From: Parcubacteria group bacterium
Lineage (GTDB): Bacteria > Patescibacteriota > Minisyncoccia > Moranbacterales > UBA2206
NCBI GenBank assembly: GCA_041674205.1
Contig: JBAYWF010000007.1
Coordinates: 1-62,006 of the forward strand
Length of the DNA: 62,006 nt
Direction of reading: 5' to 3'
Shown: one piece after another, positions 44,264 to 52,973 of the stretch
Numbering within the stretch: the first letter of the stretch is position 1
Layout of the letters: the number at the start of each line of letters is the position of its first letter
Translations under genes and position numbers: made by a program
Notes under the pieces: generated by a model
What the model saw: only the letters and a program-made list of their open reading frames with translations
Databases searched by the model: none
What the model was told of the DNA's origin: nothing

Positions 44264-45079
44264 ATGGATCCGTTGTATATTCTTAAAATCGGGGGAAGCG
44301 TGGCGACTCACAAGGACAGAGAGGGTGTTTCGGTGCGGACGGACTTGCTTGGAAAAATCGCCCGTTCCATCAAAAGGGCGCAAGCCAAAAAAAAATTCGA
44401 CCTCATCCTGATACATGGTGCCGGGGCGGCCGGACATCAAATGGCGAAAAAATACGGCTTGGAAAACGGATCGGTGGGCGATAGCGGGAAATTCAAAGGC
44501 TCCCTGCTGTGCAACCTGGAAATCCAAAAATTGGATAATGCGGTGCTGGAGGTTTTTGTGTCCAATGGAATGGAAGTTTTTCCTATCCGCACTTCTTCGG
44601 TCATCGTCCAAAAAAACAAAGGGATAGGGTATTTCGATACGCGGATGATCGAAGAGTCCCTCAATCGCGGCTGCCCCCCGATGCTTTATGGCGAGATGGT
44701 TTTCGATTCCGAGCTGGATATGTCCGCTTGTTCCGGCGATACGATCGCCGTTTTTTTAGCCCGGAAAATGAAGGCGGAAAAGATATTTTTCGCTTCCGAT
44801 ATCGATGGGATTTTCGACCGGGATCCGCACAGACATAGTGACGCGAAATTGGTAGAAAATATAGGATTAAAAGAAATCTTGAATAGCGACAAGATAAAAA
44901 TTTCCGGTTCGCATAGCGTGGATGTCACGGGCGGCCTGGGGGGAAAAATAAAAAGCCTCGGCTTGAAACACGGAAGCCATTTGAAGACTGTGGAAATTTT
45001 CAACGGTTTGGAAGGAAAGAATTTTGAAAATGTCTTGTTGGGTAAAAATTTCCCCCATACGGTGATAAAAATAAAATAA
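44264..45079 (+). CDS. isopentenyl phosphate kinase (amino-acid kinase family)
   Basis: ILKIGGSVATHKD, LILIHGAGAAGH..AKKYGL and VDVTGGLGGKI are collinear with archaeal IPK signatures. Confidence 0.7.
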   Translation: MDPLYILKIGGSVATHKDREGVSVRTDLLGKIARSIKRAQAKKKFDLILIHGAGAAGHQMAKKYGLENGSVGDSGKFKGSLLCNLEIQKLDNAVLEVFVSNGMEVFPIRTSSVIVQKNKGIGYFDTRMIEESLNRGCPPMLYGEMVFDSELDMSACSGDTIAVFLARKMKAEKIFFASDIDGIFDRDPHRHSDAKLVENIGLKEILNSDKIKISGSHSVDVTGGLGGKIKSLGLKHGSHLKTVEIFNGLEGKNFENVLLGKNFPHTVIKIK

Positions 45080-45124
45080 GGGCGGTCCAAATATGGATCG
45101 CCCGTTTTGATGGGGGTGATGGAA

Positions 45125-45577
45125 TCAGGCGAAATCCGCCTGTATCCGTAGAGTGAAATCCTCTAAGATGGGTCGGACTTCTACCCGCCGGGGATCCGCT
45201 TCATATAGGCATGTTGGAGTCAACCAACCAAAGATTTCAACGTTGGTACTTTCCGGTTGGAACGTCCGATGAGGGTCTCCGAGAAAACTGGCTGCGCCAT
45301 AATAGATGCGAATGTCTTCTCTTTTTGGAATGGGATTGAAAATCTTCGGACATATTCCCCAGATTTTCACCTCTTTTTTGGATAGTCCCAGTTCTTCTTT
45401 CAGAAGACGGACTAGGGTGCCTTTGGTATTCCTGTCTTCCTTTTCGAAAGTTTCAAAAGGGAAAGAAAGCATTCCGACTTGTTTGTGGTACTGGGGTTTG
45501 TTTTCCAATTCCCGGACTGTTAATATTTGTCCTCTTGAAAAAAGTAGTAAACCGACTCCTACGACGATGTCGCCCAT
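45125..45577 (-). CDS. NUDIX-like hydrolase (degenerate Nudix box)
   Basis: GMLSFPFETFEKEDRNTKGTLVRLLKEELGL approximates GX5EX7REUXEEXGU. Confidence 0.5.
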   Translation of the reverse strand: MGDIVVGVGLLLFSRGQILTVRELENKPQYHKQVGMLSFPFETFEKEDRNTKGTLVRLLKEELGLSKKEVKIWGICPKIFNPIPKREDIRIYYGAASFLGDPHRTFQPESTNVEIFGWLTPTCLYEADPRRVEVRPILEDFTLRIQADFA

Positions 45578-45770
45578 CGTTTCCTCCTTGACGTATGTTT
45601 TTTTGATTGATTTTCTGTAAGGTACTAAAAGATGCTAGCACGAAAAAACGTCCGGTGCAAGGCAGGTGAGGTCCTAGGCGGCTATTTATTTAGGTGTAGG
45701 CTGGATTTATTGCGGTTTAAGGCATATAATAGTGATTGAAAACAAGCTAATCGGTTAATATAATAAAAAT

Positions 45771-46823
45771 ATGAAAAAATATCTTTCCCGGGTAGTTAAA
45801 GTCGGACCATATAAATTAGGCGGCAAGAATCCGGTGCGCGTGCAATCGATGTGCAACACGGATACGCGCGACGTGGATGCGACGGTCAAACAGATTTTGG
45901 CTTTGGAAAAAGAGGGTTGTGAAATCGTGCGGGTAGCGGTTTTGGATATGGAAGCGGCCAAGGCGATCGGCGCGATCAAAAAAAGAATCCACATCCCGCT
46001 GGTGGCGGACATCCATTTTGATCACAAATTGGCGCTGGAAGTGATTGCGCAAGGCATCGACAAGGTGCGCATCAATCCGGGCAATATCGGTTCGGAAGAA
46101 AAAACGAAAGCGGTGGTGATGGCCTGCAAAAAGAAAAAGATTCCGATCCGCATCGGCATCAATGGCGGGTCGTTGGAAAAAGACATTTTGAAAAAATATA
46201 AAAACAAAGTGACGGCTGAGGGGATGGTCGAATCGGCGATGCGCCATATCCGTATTTTGGAGAAATATAAATTCAAAGACATTTTGGTTTCCTTGAAAGC
46301 GTCCGATATCGAAAGGACGGTTGAAGCCTACCGTCTGCTGTCCAAAAAGGTGGATTACCCGCTGCATATCGGCGTTACGGAGGCTGGAACGGCTTTCCGC
46401 GGCACGATTATGTCTTCAATCGGACTGGGTATCCTGCTCTATGACGGCATCGGCGCGACGTTGCGCGTTTCGTTGACGGCCGATCCGCTGGATGAAATCG
46501 GCGTGGCGTGGGAAATCCTGAAATCTTTGAAGTTGAGGAAGAGAGGCGTGACCATCACGAGCTGTCCGACTTGCGGACGCACGCAAATCGCCCTGATCGA
46601 GCTGGTGAAAAAAGTGGAGGAGGCGACCAAAGATATCGACAAGGATATCCATATTTCCGTAATGGGTTGCGTAGTGAACGGTCCGGGCGAAGCACGGGAG
46701 TCCGATATCGGGGTGGCGGGCGGCAAGGGGATGGGAGCGATTTTCCGCAAAGGCAAAGTCATCAAATCGGTCAAGGAAGATGAAATCCTCGCCAGTCTTT
46801 TGGAGGAAATCGATAAATTATAA
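45771..46823 (+). CDS. ispG: 4-hydroxy-3-methylbut-2-en-1-yl diphosphate synthase
   Basis: GcpE family: VQSMCNTDT, ADIHFD, RINPGN and a C-terminal CPTCGR...GCVVNGPGE cluster. Confidence 0.9.
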   Translation: MKKYLSRVVKVGPYKLGGKNPVRVQSMCNTDTRDVDATVKQILALEKEGCEIVRVAVLDMEAAKAIGAIKKRIHIPLVADIHFDHKLALEVIAQGIDKVRINPGNIGSEEKTKAVVMACKKKKIPIRIGINGGSLEKDILKKYKNKVTAEGMVESAMRHIRILEKYKFKDILVSLKASDIERTVEAYRLLSKKVDYPLHIGVTEAGTAFRGTIMSSIGLGILLYDGIGATLRVSLTADPLDEIGVAWEILKSLKLRKRGVTITSCPTCGRTQIALIELVKKVEEATKDIDKDIHISVMGCVVNGPGEARESDIGVAGGKGMGAIFRKGKVIKSVKEDEILASLLEEIDKL

Positions 46824-46844
46824 ATCAAATAAACCTGAAAAAAT

Positions 46845-47258
46845 ATGGATCAAGAAGGGATTTTAGAAATGACCCATTTCGGCGAGCATCTGACTATCGA
46901 CGGCTATGGCGGCGACTTGGCTAAACTCGGTGATAAGCAGAATGTTTTCGATGTGGTCAATGAATTGCCGAATCTTCTCAAGATGAAAAAATTGAGCACG
47001 CCGGCGGTTTTCTTCGCGCCGGAAAACGGGGAAAAAGATCCGGGCGGCTGGCGCGGTTTCGTGGTAGTGGCGGAAAGCCATATCGCCTTGCATACTTTTC
47101 CAGCCCGCGGTTTCGTGAGCGCCGATATCTATACTTGCCGCAACGGCTTGCAAGTCGGTTTCGTGGTGGACTATTTCAAGGAAAAATTCAAGCTTAAGGA
47201 TATCGAAACCAATTTGATCCGGCGCGGGATGAAATATCCGGCCAAGAATATCTATTAG
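46845..47258 (+). CDS. speH: S-adenosylmethionine decarboxylase proenzyme (small prokaryotic type)
   Basis: VAESHIALHTFPARGF (self-cleavage ES site) and DIYTC. Confidence 0.8.
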   Translation: MDQEGILEMTHFGEHLTIDGYGGDLAKLGDKQNVFDVVNELPNLLKMKKLSTPAVFFAPENGEKDPGGWRGFVVVAESHIALHTFPARGFVSADIYTCRNGLQVGFVVDYFKEKFKLKDIETNLIRRGMKYPAKNIY

Positions 47259-47280
47259 GATGGGCGGTTGGAGCGCGGAT

Positions 47281-47312
47281 AAAACAAAAAACAGCCTAGG
47301 CTGTTTTTTTTG
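47281..47312. terminator. bidirectional intrinsic terminator
   Basis: AAAAAACAGCCTAGGCTGTTTTTTTT between the convergent AdoMetDC paralogues. Confidence 0.6.
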
Positions 47313-47355
47313 CATCGCCGCAAGCGGCACAGTTTATCGAATTTTTCCGAAGGGC

Positions 47356-47748
47356 TTATTTTCTCAATAAGATATTGACTTTGGACGATTCGGCTTTGAA
47401 AAATTTTTTGCAGAAGTCCGCCGTGACTTGGGGGTCGAAATATTTGCAACTGAAGACGTCGATGAAAGCCCGGTTTTCCGGTTCGTCGAAATGGGCCGTG
47501 ATGGACGAAGTTTCGATGAATTGCATAAAGGAGTAACCTTCCAGGGTGCCGTCTCCGAAGCGGTCAATCAGGGTTTCCCCGTGGCGCGTCATTTTGATTT
47601 CTTGGCAAAGCGCTTTTACGAAAGCGCGGATATCATCCGGATTGCTGATCATTTTCGGATCGCAGCCGTAAAGGTCGACGGAAGCGAGAAGCCCCCAATA
47701 GTTTTGCTCCGTGAATTGCCGTTCACTGAGGACAGGTTGTTCATTCAT
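47356..47748 (-). CDS. AdoMetDC-family pyruvoyl decarboxylase paralogue
   Basis: DLYGC...FIETSSITAHF...IDVFSC is collinear with the family but diverged from the neighbour. Confidence 0.7.
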   Translation of the reverse strand: MNEQPVLSERQFTEQNYWGLLASVDLYGCDPKMISNPDDIRAFVKALCQEIKMTRHGETLIDRFGDGTLEGYSFMQFIETSSITAHFDEPENRAFIDVFSCKYFDPQVTADFCKKFFKAESSKVNILLRK

Positions 47749-48029
47749 TTCTTTTTTCGTGTAAGTTGGATTAAAATTTAAACAATGAATTTATTATACT
47801 AACTTGTCGGATAATACACAAGATTAAACCGGCGGTGAAACGGATAAATCTGATGATAGGGCAAAAATGACATTTTTAAGTTTAATCCGGTTATCCTGGT
47901 TTGTCCAGAAATCCTATTTTTGCTAGAATAGGCTTATGAAAATCGGATGACAGGGCACATCGATATTTCAATGATTTTTTCAACTAGGGATTTGTCGGGG
48001 CATAGGGGAAAAAATAAAAAAACAGGCGT

Positions 48030-48057
48030 TTGACAAGTTTTCCGGATTTGCTAAAAT
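48030..48057 (+). promoter_or_regulatory. sigma70-like promoter (TTGACA-16-TAAAAT)
   Basis: Read directly from the sequence, at the start of a long non-coding stretch. Confidence 0.45.
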
Positions 48058-48063
48058 GGGAAC

Positions 48064-48272
48064 AAGCTTAACAATTTCAAAGCCTGCAAATCGGATCCCG
48101 TTGCCTGAAAAAGCGATGGGGTTGGGTCCGGTTTATCCCGCCAGTCGGGAAAGGCGGTTTCTGCGCTAGTGGAAACCCGGCATCCTCCGTAACCATAGGA
48201 TAATCGATCATCATTCCGCTCGGCGGGATTGAGTCGATGAGTGGGAATCTGGTCCGCCCCGGCGGATTTTTT
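48064..48272 (+). ncRNA. unclassified ~210-nt structured RNA/leader ending in an intrinsic terminator
   Basis: GC-rich stems (CCGCC-10 nt-GGCGG; long-range ATCGGATCCCG / CGGGATtgagtCGAT). Terminator TCCGCC-cc-GGCGGA plus T6. No ORF. Confidence 0.3.
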
Positions 48273-48403
48273 ATTTCCAGAAAAAAGGTGGCAACCCGAA
48301 GCGGTCTAAGACTCTTCGTCCTTTTGCATGATTTTTATCGTGTGAAAAGACGGGGAGTTTTTTTGTTTTTTTCGATGGACTTTAACAAGAGAGGCGTATC
48401 GTG

Positions 48404-48592
48404 ATGAATAAGAGCATATGTTGTTTCGCGGATGTAAATCGTCTGGATGGTAAGGATTTTTGTTCGAAATGCGGGCAGGAAATCGCCGTACGGATAACGC
48501 CTGCGGACAAACAGTCCGAACCGAAGCGGGTTATCATCGATAATCCGGAAAAAACGGCAAAAATCAGATCAGTCGGCTGGGGAACCACCTAA
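48404..48592 (+). CDS. small zinc-ribbon protein
   Basis: 62 aa with CC...CxxC (MNKSICCFADVNRLDGKDFCSKCGQ), followed by a strong terminator (11-bp stem, 48618-48653). Confidence 0.4.
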   Translation: MNKSICCFADVNRLDGKDFCSKCGQEIAVRITPADKQSEPKRVIIDNPEKTAKIRSVGWGTT

Positions 48593-48652
48593 AGATTGAT
48601 TGGCAAAAAACCAACCCTAGGGGTGTCACGATGTGGCACCCCTCTATTTTTT

Positions 48653-48825
48653 TTGACAAAATTTATCAAAATGCTATGATAAGGGTATGAATAATTTCAA
48701 ATGCACAAATTCAATCCCGGCAGATCCGCATCCTAGACAATTAGGCTGCTTATGTGTGTTTGAAATCAACAGGTAAAAAAGATTTTAGATAGACACGGGA
48801 CAGCCTAATGGATAGGCTGTTTTTT
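48653..48825 (+). promoter_or_regulatory. promoter (TTGACA-16-TATGAT) plus ~140-nt leader with terminator/antiterminator alternative upstream of proB-like gene
   Basis: Terminator ACAGCCT-aatggat-AGGCTGT plus T5 (48800-48825). The upstream TTAGGCTG (48741-48748) can pair with the terminator's 5' arm plus 2 nt (CAGCCTAA, 48801-48808). Confidence 0.45.
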
Positions 48826-48863
48826 AGTTCTTTGTTTAATCTTAGAAAAAGGGGAAAACCAAG

Positions 48864-49661
48864 ATGGAAAAAAAGAGAATCATCGGTATCAAGTTGGGAT
48901 CAGCTACTTTGGTTTCTGAGGAGAAAATCAACCGGCAGTTTATCCGGCGGGTCTGCAAGCAGATCGCGGCACTCGTCCAAGACGGCAATGGGGTTTTCGT
49001 CGTAACTTCCGGAGCGATCGCCAGTGACCCGAGCGAAAAACGTTCCAGAAACCTGCGTTCGGCAGTCGGGCAGATCCGGATCGTGAACCGCTACGCCATG
49101 GAGCTGGAAAAGCTGGGCATCGATGCGGCACAGATGTTGCTTACGGATGACTATTTGTTTGACGCGAAAAATAATCCGAAGACGTGTCTGACAAAAAAGA
49201 TCATGCTGGAAGCTTTCGCGGCCGGCGTGGTTCCGGTCATCAACGCCAACGACGTGATTGACAACGAAGAAATCAAAGCGTTGGAACATTGCGCGGACAA
49301 TGACCGGCTGTTCAAATTGATGTGCCTTTTGGTCGGAGCGGACATTGCGATTATCGGCTTTGACCAACCGGGCTTCCTCAATCGAGAAGGAAAAGTGATG
49401 CATCGCGTCAATGTTTCCGAAATTGAAACGGTGTTGGAATGTGCCAAGGGCGGAAGCGTTTTGGGGCACGGCAACAACGGTATGCGGACCAAAGTGCTGG
49501 TCTTGGCTGAGCTGGCGCAAGCCGGCACGCAAGCGCATCTGGCGCCGGCCAAGGAAAATAATTTCATCCTGCGGACCATCCTGTGGGAAAAAAATTTCGG
49601 AACCCAGTTCTATATCAATGATGTGGAGCCGGCAAATCATCGGGAATATATGTTTTTTTAG
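48864..49661 (+). CDS. proB: glutamate 5-kinase-like amino-acid kinase (no PUA domain)
   Basis: IGIKLGSATL, VFVVTSGAIA, VPVINANDV and CADNDRLFKL..VGADIAII are collinear with ProB. Confidence 0.7.
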   Translation: MEKKRIIGIKLGSATLVSEEKINRQFIRRVCKQIAALVQDGNGVFVVTSGAIASDPSEKRSRNLRSAVGQIRIVNRYAMELEKLGIDAAQMLLTDDYLFDAKNNPKTCLTKKIMLEAFAAGVVPVINANDVIDNEEIKALEHCADNDRLFKLMCLLVGADIAIIGFDQPGFLNREGKVMHRVNVSEIETVLECAKGGSVLGHGNNGMRTKVLVLAELAQAGTQAHLAPAKENNFILRTILWEKNFGTQFYINDVEPANHREYMFF

Positions 49662-49810
49662 ATGCATCCCGAATGCATAGGAAAAGGAAGGGCATTGCAA
49701 ATACACGTACAATGCCCTTCCTAAAAATAATTAAAGCATAGCTCTTGTTTGGCATAAAATTTGGCAAAAGAAGCTTTTTGTAATAGACTTATAATATTAA
49801 AATAAACCGC

Positions 49811-51049
49811 ATGAAACAATCGCAACTATTCACCAAAACCCAGAAAGACGCCTTGAAAGACGAAGTGAGCGTGAACGCCCAGCTTTTGATCCGGGCCGGA
49901 TTCGTCGACAAGGAAATGGCCGGAGTCTATACGATCTTGCCGCTGGGATTGCGCGTGATGAACAAAATTGAGAATATCATCCGGGAGGAAATCAACGCTT
50001 TGGGCGGACAGGAAATCTTTATGCCGTCGATGCAACCGAAAGAAAATTGGCTGAAGACCGGACGCTGGGACAGTATGGATGATTTGTACAAAGTGAAGGA
50101 CGCCAGCGGGCGCGAGGCGGCGCTGGGACCGACCCATGAAGAAATCGTGGTGCCGTTGGCGCAGAAATTCATCAACTCGTATAAAGATCTGCCTTTTTCC
50201 GTCTATCAGTTCCAGAACAAATTCCGGATGGAATTGCGCGCCAAATCGGGCATCTTGCGCGGGCGGGAATTCATTATGAAAGATTTGTATTCTTTCCATT
50301 TGGATGAAGCGGATCTGGATGCGTATTATGAAAAATCCAAAAGCGCTTATTTCAAAATTTTCGAGCGTGCCGGTCTCAAGGACGTGACGCATCTGACTTT
50401 CGCTTCGGGTGGATCTTTTTCCAAATATTCGCACGAATTCCAAGCTATCACGCCGGCCGGAGAGGATATCATCTATGTCTGTGAAAAATGTGGTTTGGCG
50501 GTCAATAAAGAAATCAAGGCGGAAGTGGTGGAATGTCCGGAATGTAAAAATACCGATTTTAAGGAAGAAAAGGCGATCGAAGTGGGCAACATTTTCAAAT
50601 TGATGACCAAATACACGCAGCCTTTCGGTCTGACCGTTAAAAACGAAAAAGGCGAGACCAAAGAAATTTTGATGGGATGCTATGGCATCGGCTTGGGCCG
50701 GCTGATGGGCACGGTCGTGGAAGTACATCATGATGAAAAGGGAATGGTTTGGCCAGAAACAGTGGCGCCGTTCCAGGTCCATTTGCTGAGCCTGAACCAG
50801 AATGAGAAAGCGGAAGAAATTTATAACGCGCTGGTCGGAGCCGGAATCGAGGTTTTGTTCGACGATCGCGACGTGAACGCGGGCGTGAAATTCGCCGATG
50901 CGGACCTGATCGGCTTGCCGCACCAATTGGTAGTCAGTGAAAAAAATATGCGGGATAACCGCGTGGAAATTAAAAACAGAAAAAACGGCGCAGTGGAATA
51001 TGTGTCTTGGGACAGTTCGGAGATAATCAAATATTTCCGGAACGAATAG
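49811..51049 (+). CDS. proS: prolyl-tRNA synthetase (compact, INS editing domain replaced by a CxxC...CxxC mini-insert)
   Basis: Bacterial-type N-terminus (QLLIRAGFV..AGVYTILPLGLRV), class II motifs and an anticodon-binding C-terminus (LFDDRDVNAGVKFADADLIGLP). Confidence 0.85.
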   Translation: MKQSQLFTKTQKDALKDEVSVNAQLLIRAGFVDKEMAGVYTILPLGLRVMNKIENIIREEINALGGQEIFMPSMQPKENWLKTGRWDSMDDLYKVKDASGREAALGPTHEEIVVPLAQKFINSYKDLPFSVYQFQNKFRMELRAKSGILRGREFIMKDLYSFHLDEADLDAYYEKSKSAYFKIFERAGLKDVTHLTFASGGSFSKYSHEFQAITPAGEDIIYVCEKCGLAVNKEIKAEVVECPECKNTDFKEEKAIEVGNIFKLMTKYTQPFGLTVKNEKGETKEILMGCYGIGLGRLMGTVVEVHHDEKGMVWPETVAPFQVHLLSLNQNEKAEEIYNALVGAGIEVLFDDRDVNAGVKFADADLIGLPHQLVVSEKNMRDNRVEIKNRKNGAVEYVSWDSSEIIKYFRNE

Positions 51050-51119
51050 TCCGAGAGAAGATTCCGCCGCTCCGCTAAAACGGAGCGGTTATTTATTTAG
51101 TGTGTTAAAATAAGGGAGT

Positions 51120-52919
51120 ATGGGCCAAGAAAAAAAACAGGAGTTTTCAGCGGAAAAGATCAAGGGATATGATATCCACGGTTTTTGGTCGCGCATTTGG
51201 AAATTATTGAAACCTTCGCACGTTCAGATCAGGCGGCTTTTGACAGTAACATTCTGTCTGGAACTGATGCGCCTGGGCGGGCCGTATATTTTGAAATTGA
51301 TCATCGATCTGGTGACGAATTTTTCAGCCGCCGACGTCAGCCTGTTGCTGGCGTATGTGGCGGGGATGTTTTTGGCCAACCAGGCTACGTCGCTTTTGGC
51401 TTTCCTGCAGGATAGGAAAATCTTCAAGATATTGGTCGATGTCGAAGTATACCTGTATGGCGACGCTTTCAAAAAGATGATGTCTTTGAGCTTGGGCTAT
51501 CATGAAAAAGAAAATACCGGCAACAAAATCACCAAGATCCAAAGGGGCTTGACCAAAATCGACGAACTTCTGGGCAATTTTTTCTGGGAAGTGGCGCCGA
51601 CCAGCCTGCAGTTGGTCTTTACGGCAATCACGCTGTTTGTCATCGATTGGCGTTTCGGCCTGGTAATCGTGGTTTTTGCCATAATCTTCGTGTTGCTGAC
51701 AATCGCGATCAATAAGGCTGTCTATCCGTTTCGCAAAGCCAGGTTCAAGATGGAAGAGGAAGCTTCGGGCAATATGACGCAGGCGATCATCAATATCAAC
51801 GCCGTCAAATCATTCGTGCAGGAAGATCGGGAAATCGGATTTTTCGGAATGATCCGCGACAAGATACGCAAGCAAATTTTGTTCGAATTCGGCAAAATTA
51901 TGCGGCAAAACCTAAAAAGAAATTTGATAATCGACTCAGGCCGGGCTTTTATCCTAATTTCCGGGATGTATCTCATCTACCAAGGCAACATCACGATCGG
52001 TACGATGGTTTTTGTCTATACCATTTCAGAAAAAGCCTTGCTGTCGCTCTATCGCATCTCCAGATTGTATGACCGCATAATGGAAAGCGCTGAGGCGGTG
52101 GACCGCCTGTACTATCTGTCATTGGAAAAATCCGATATCAAAAATCCCAAGCACGGTTTGAAACCCGAATCTTTGCGCGGGGAAATCGAATTCAAGGGGG
52201 TGGATTTCGCATATGCCGACAGCTCGCTCAAAGCGCTGGACGGAGTCAATTTGAAAATACAATCCGATTGCGTGACAGCCCTGGCGGGTCCGTCGGGCGG
52301 CGGCAAAACTACGGTGGTCAGGATGGCCTACCGGCACTATGATCCGACCAAGGGTGAAATATTGCTGGATGGCAAAAATATCAAGGATTATGATTTGAAA
52401 GGCTTCCGTAAATTTATGGCGATCGTGCCGCAGGACGTGGAAATTTTCAGCGCTTCGATCCGCGACAATATCAGTTATGCGAAGCCGGACGCGACCGATC
52501 GGGAAATCCGGGCGGCGGCGCGCGTGGCTAACGCGGAAGAATTCATCGCGCAATTCCCTGACGGCTATGGAACGCTGGCCGGGGAGCGCGGCATCAAATT
52601 GTCCGGCGGGCAAAGGCAAAGGATCGGCATCGCGCGCGCCATTTTGGCTAATCCGAAAATTTTGATTTTTGATGAAGCGACCAGCAATCTGGATTCGCAA
52701 AGCGAACGGCTCATCCAGGACGCGATGGACAAAATCTGCAAGAACCGCACCGTAATCCTGATCGCGCACCGCTTGAGCACTATCCGCAAGGCTGACAAGA
52801 TCATCGTCCTGGAAAAGGGCAAGGTCATCGAATCCGGCAGCCATCACGAACTGGCCAAAATGGACGGCGGCCTCTATCAGAAATTATTGCAATTGCAACA
52901 GGTGGGCGACGTGGACTAA
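51120..52919 (+). CDS. ABC transporter, fused permease/ATPase exporter (MsbA-like)
   Basis: 6-TM N-domain, Walker A GPSGGGKTT, signature LSGGQRQR, Walker B ILIFDEATS. Confidence 0.9.
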   Translation: MGQEKKQEFSAEKIKGYDIHGFWSRIWKLLKPSHVQIRRLLTVTFCLELMRLGGPYILKLIIDLVTNFSAADVSLLLAYVAGMFLANQATSLLAFLQDRKIFKILVDVEVYLYGDAFKKMMSLSLGYHEKENTGNKITKIQRGLTKIDELLGNFFWEVAPTSLQLVFTAITLFVIDWRFGLVIVVFAIIFVLLTIAINKAVYPFRKARFKMEEEASGNMTQAIININAVKSFVQEDREIGFFGMIRDKIRKQILFEFGKIMRQNLKRNLIIDSGRAFILISGMYLIYQGNITIGTMVFVYTISEKALLSLYRISRLYDRIMESAEAVDRLYYLSLEKSDIKNPKHGLKPESLRGEIEFKGVDFAYADSSLKALDGVNLKIQSDCVTALAGPSGGGKTTVVRMAYRHYDPTKGEILLDGKNIKDYDLKGFRKFMAIVPQDVEIFSASIRDNISYAKPDATDREIRAAARVANAEEFIAQFPDGYGTLAGERGIKLSGGQRQRIGIARAILANPKILIFDEATSNLDSQSERLIQDAMDKICKNRTVILIAHRLSTIRKADKIIVLEKGKVIESGSHHELAKMDGGLYQKLLQLQQVGDVD

Positions 52920-52973
52920 AAAATAATCCTAAAGCCGAGTTTCGGGACGGGTCAAAAACATTAATTTAAATAT

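Noticed and set aside
48687-48776. Calling the proB leader a T-box riboswitch
   Set aside because: The leader is too short (~140 nt). It lacks the specifier-loop/AGAGA/GNUGGNA elements and the conserved T-box 14-mer overlapping the antiterminator.
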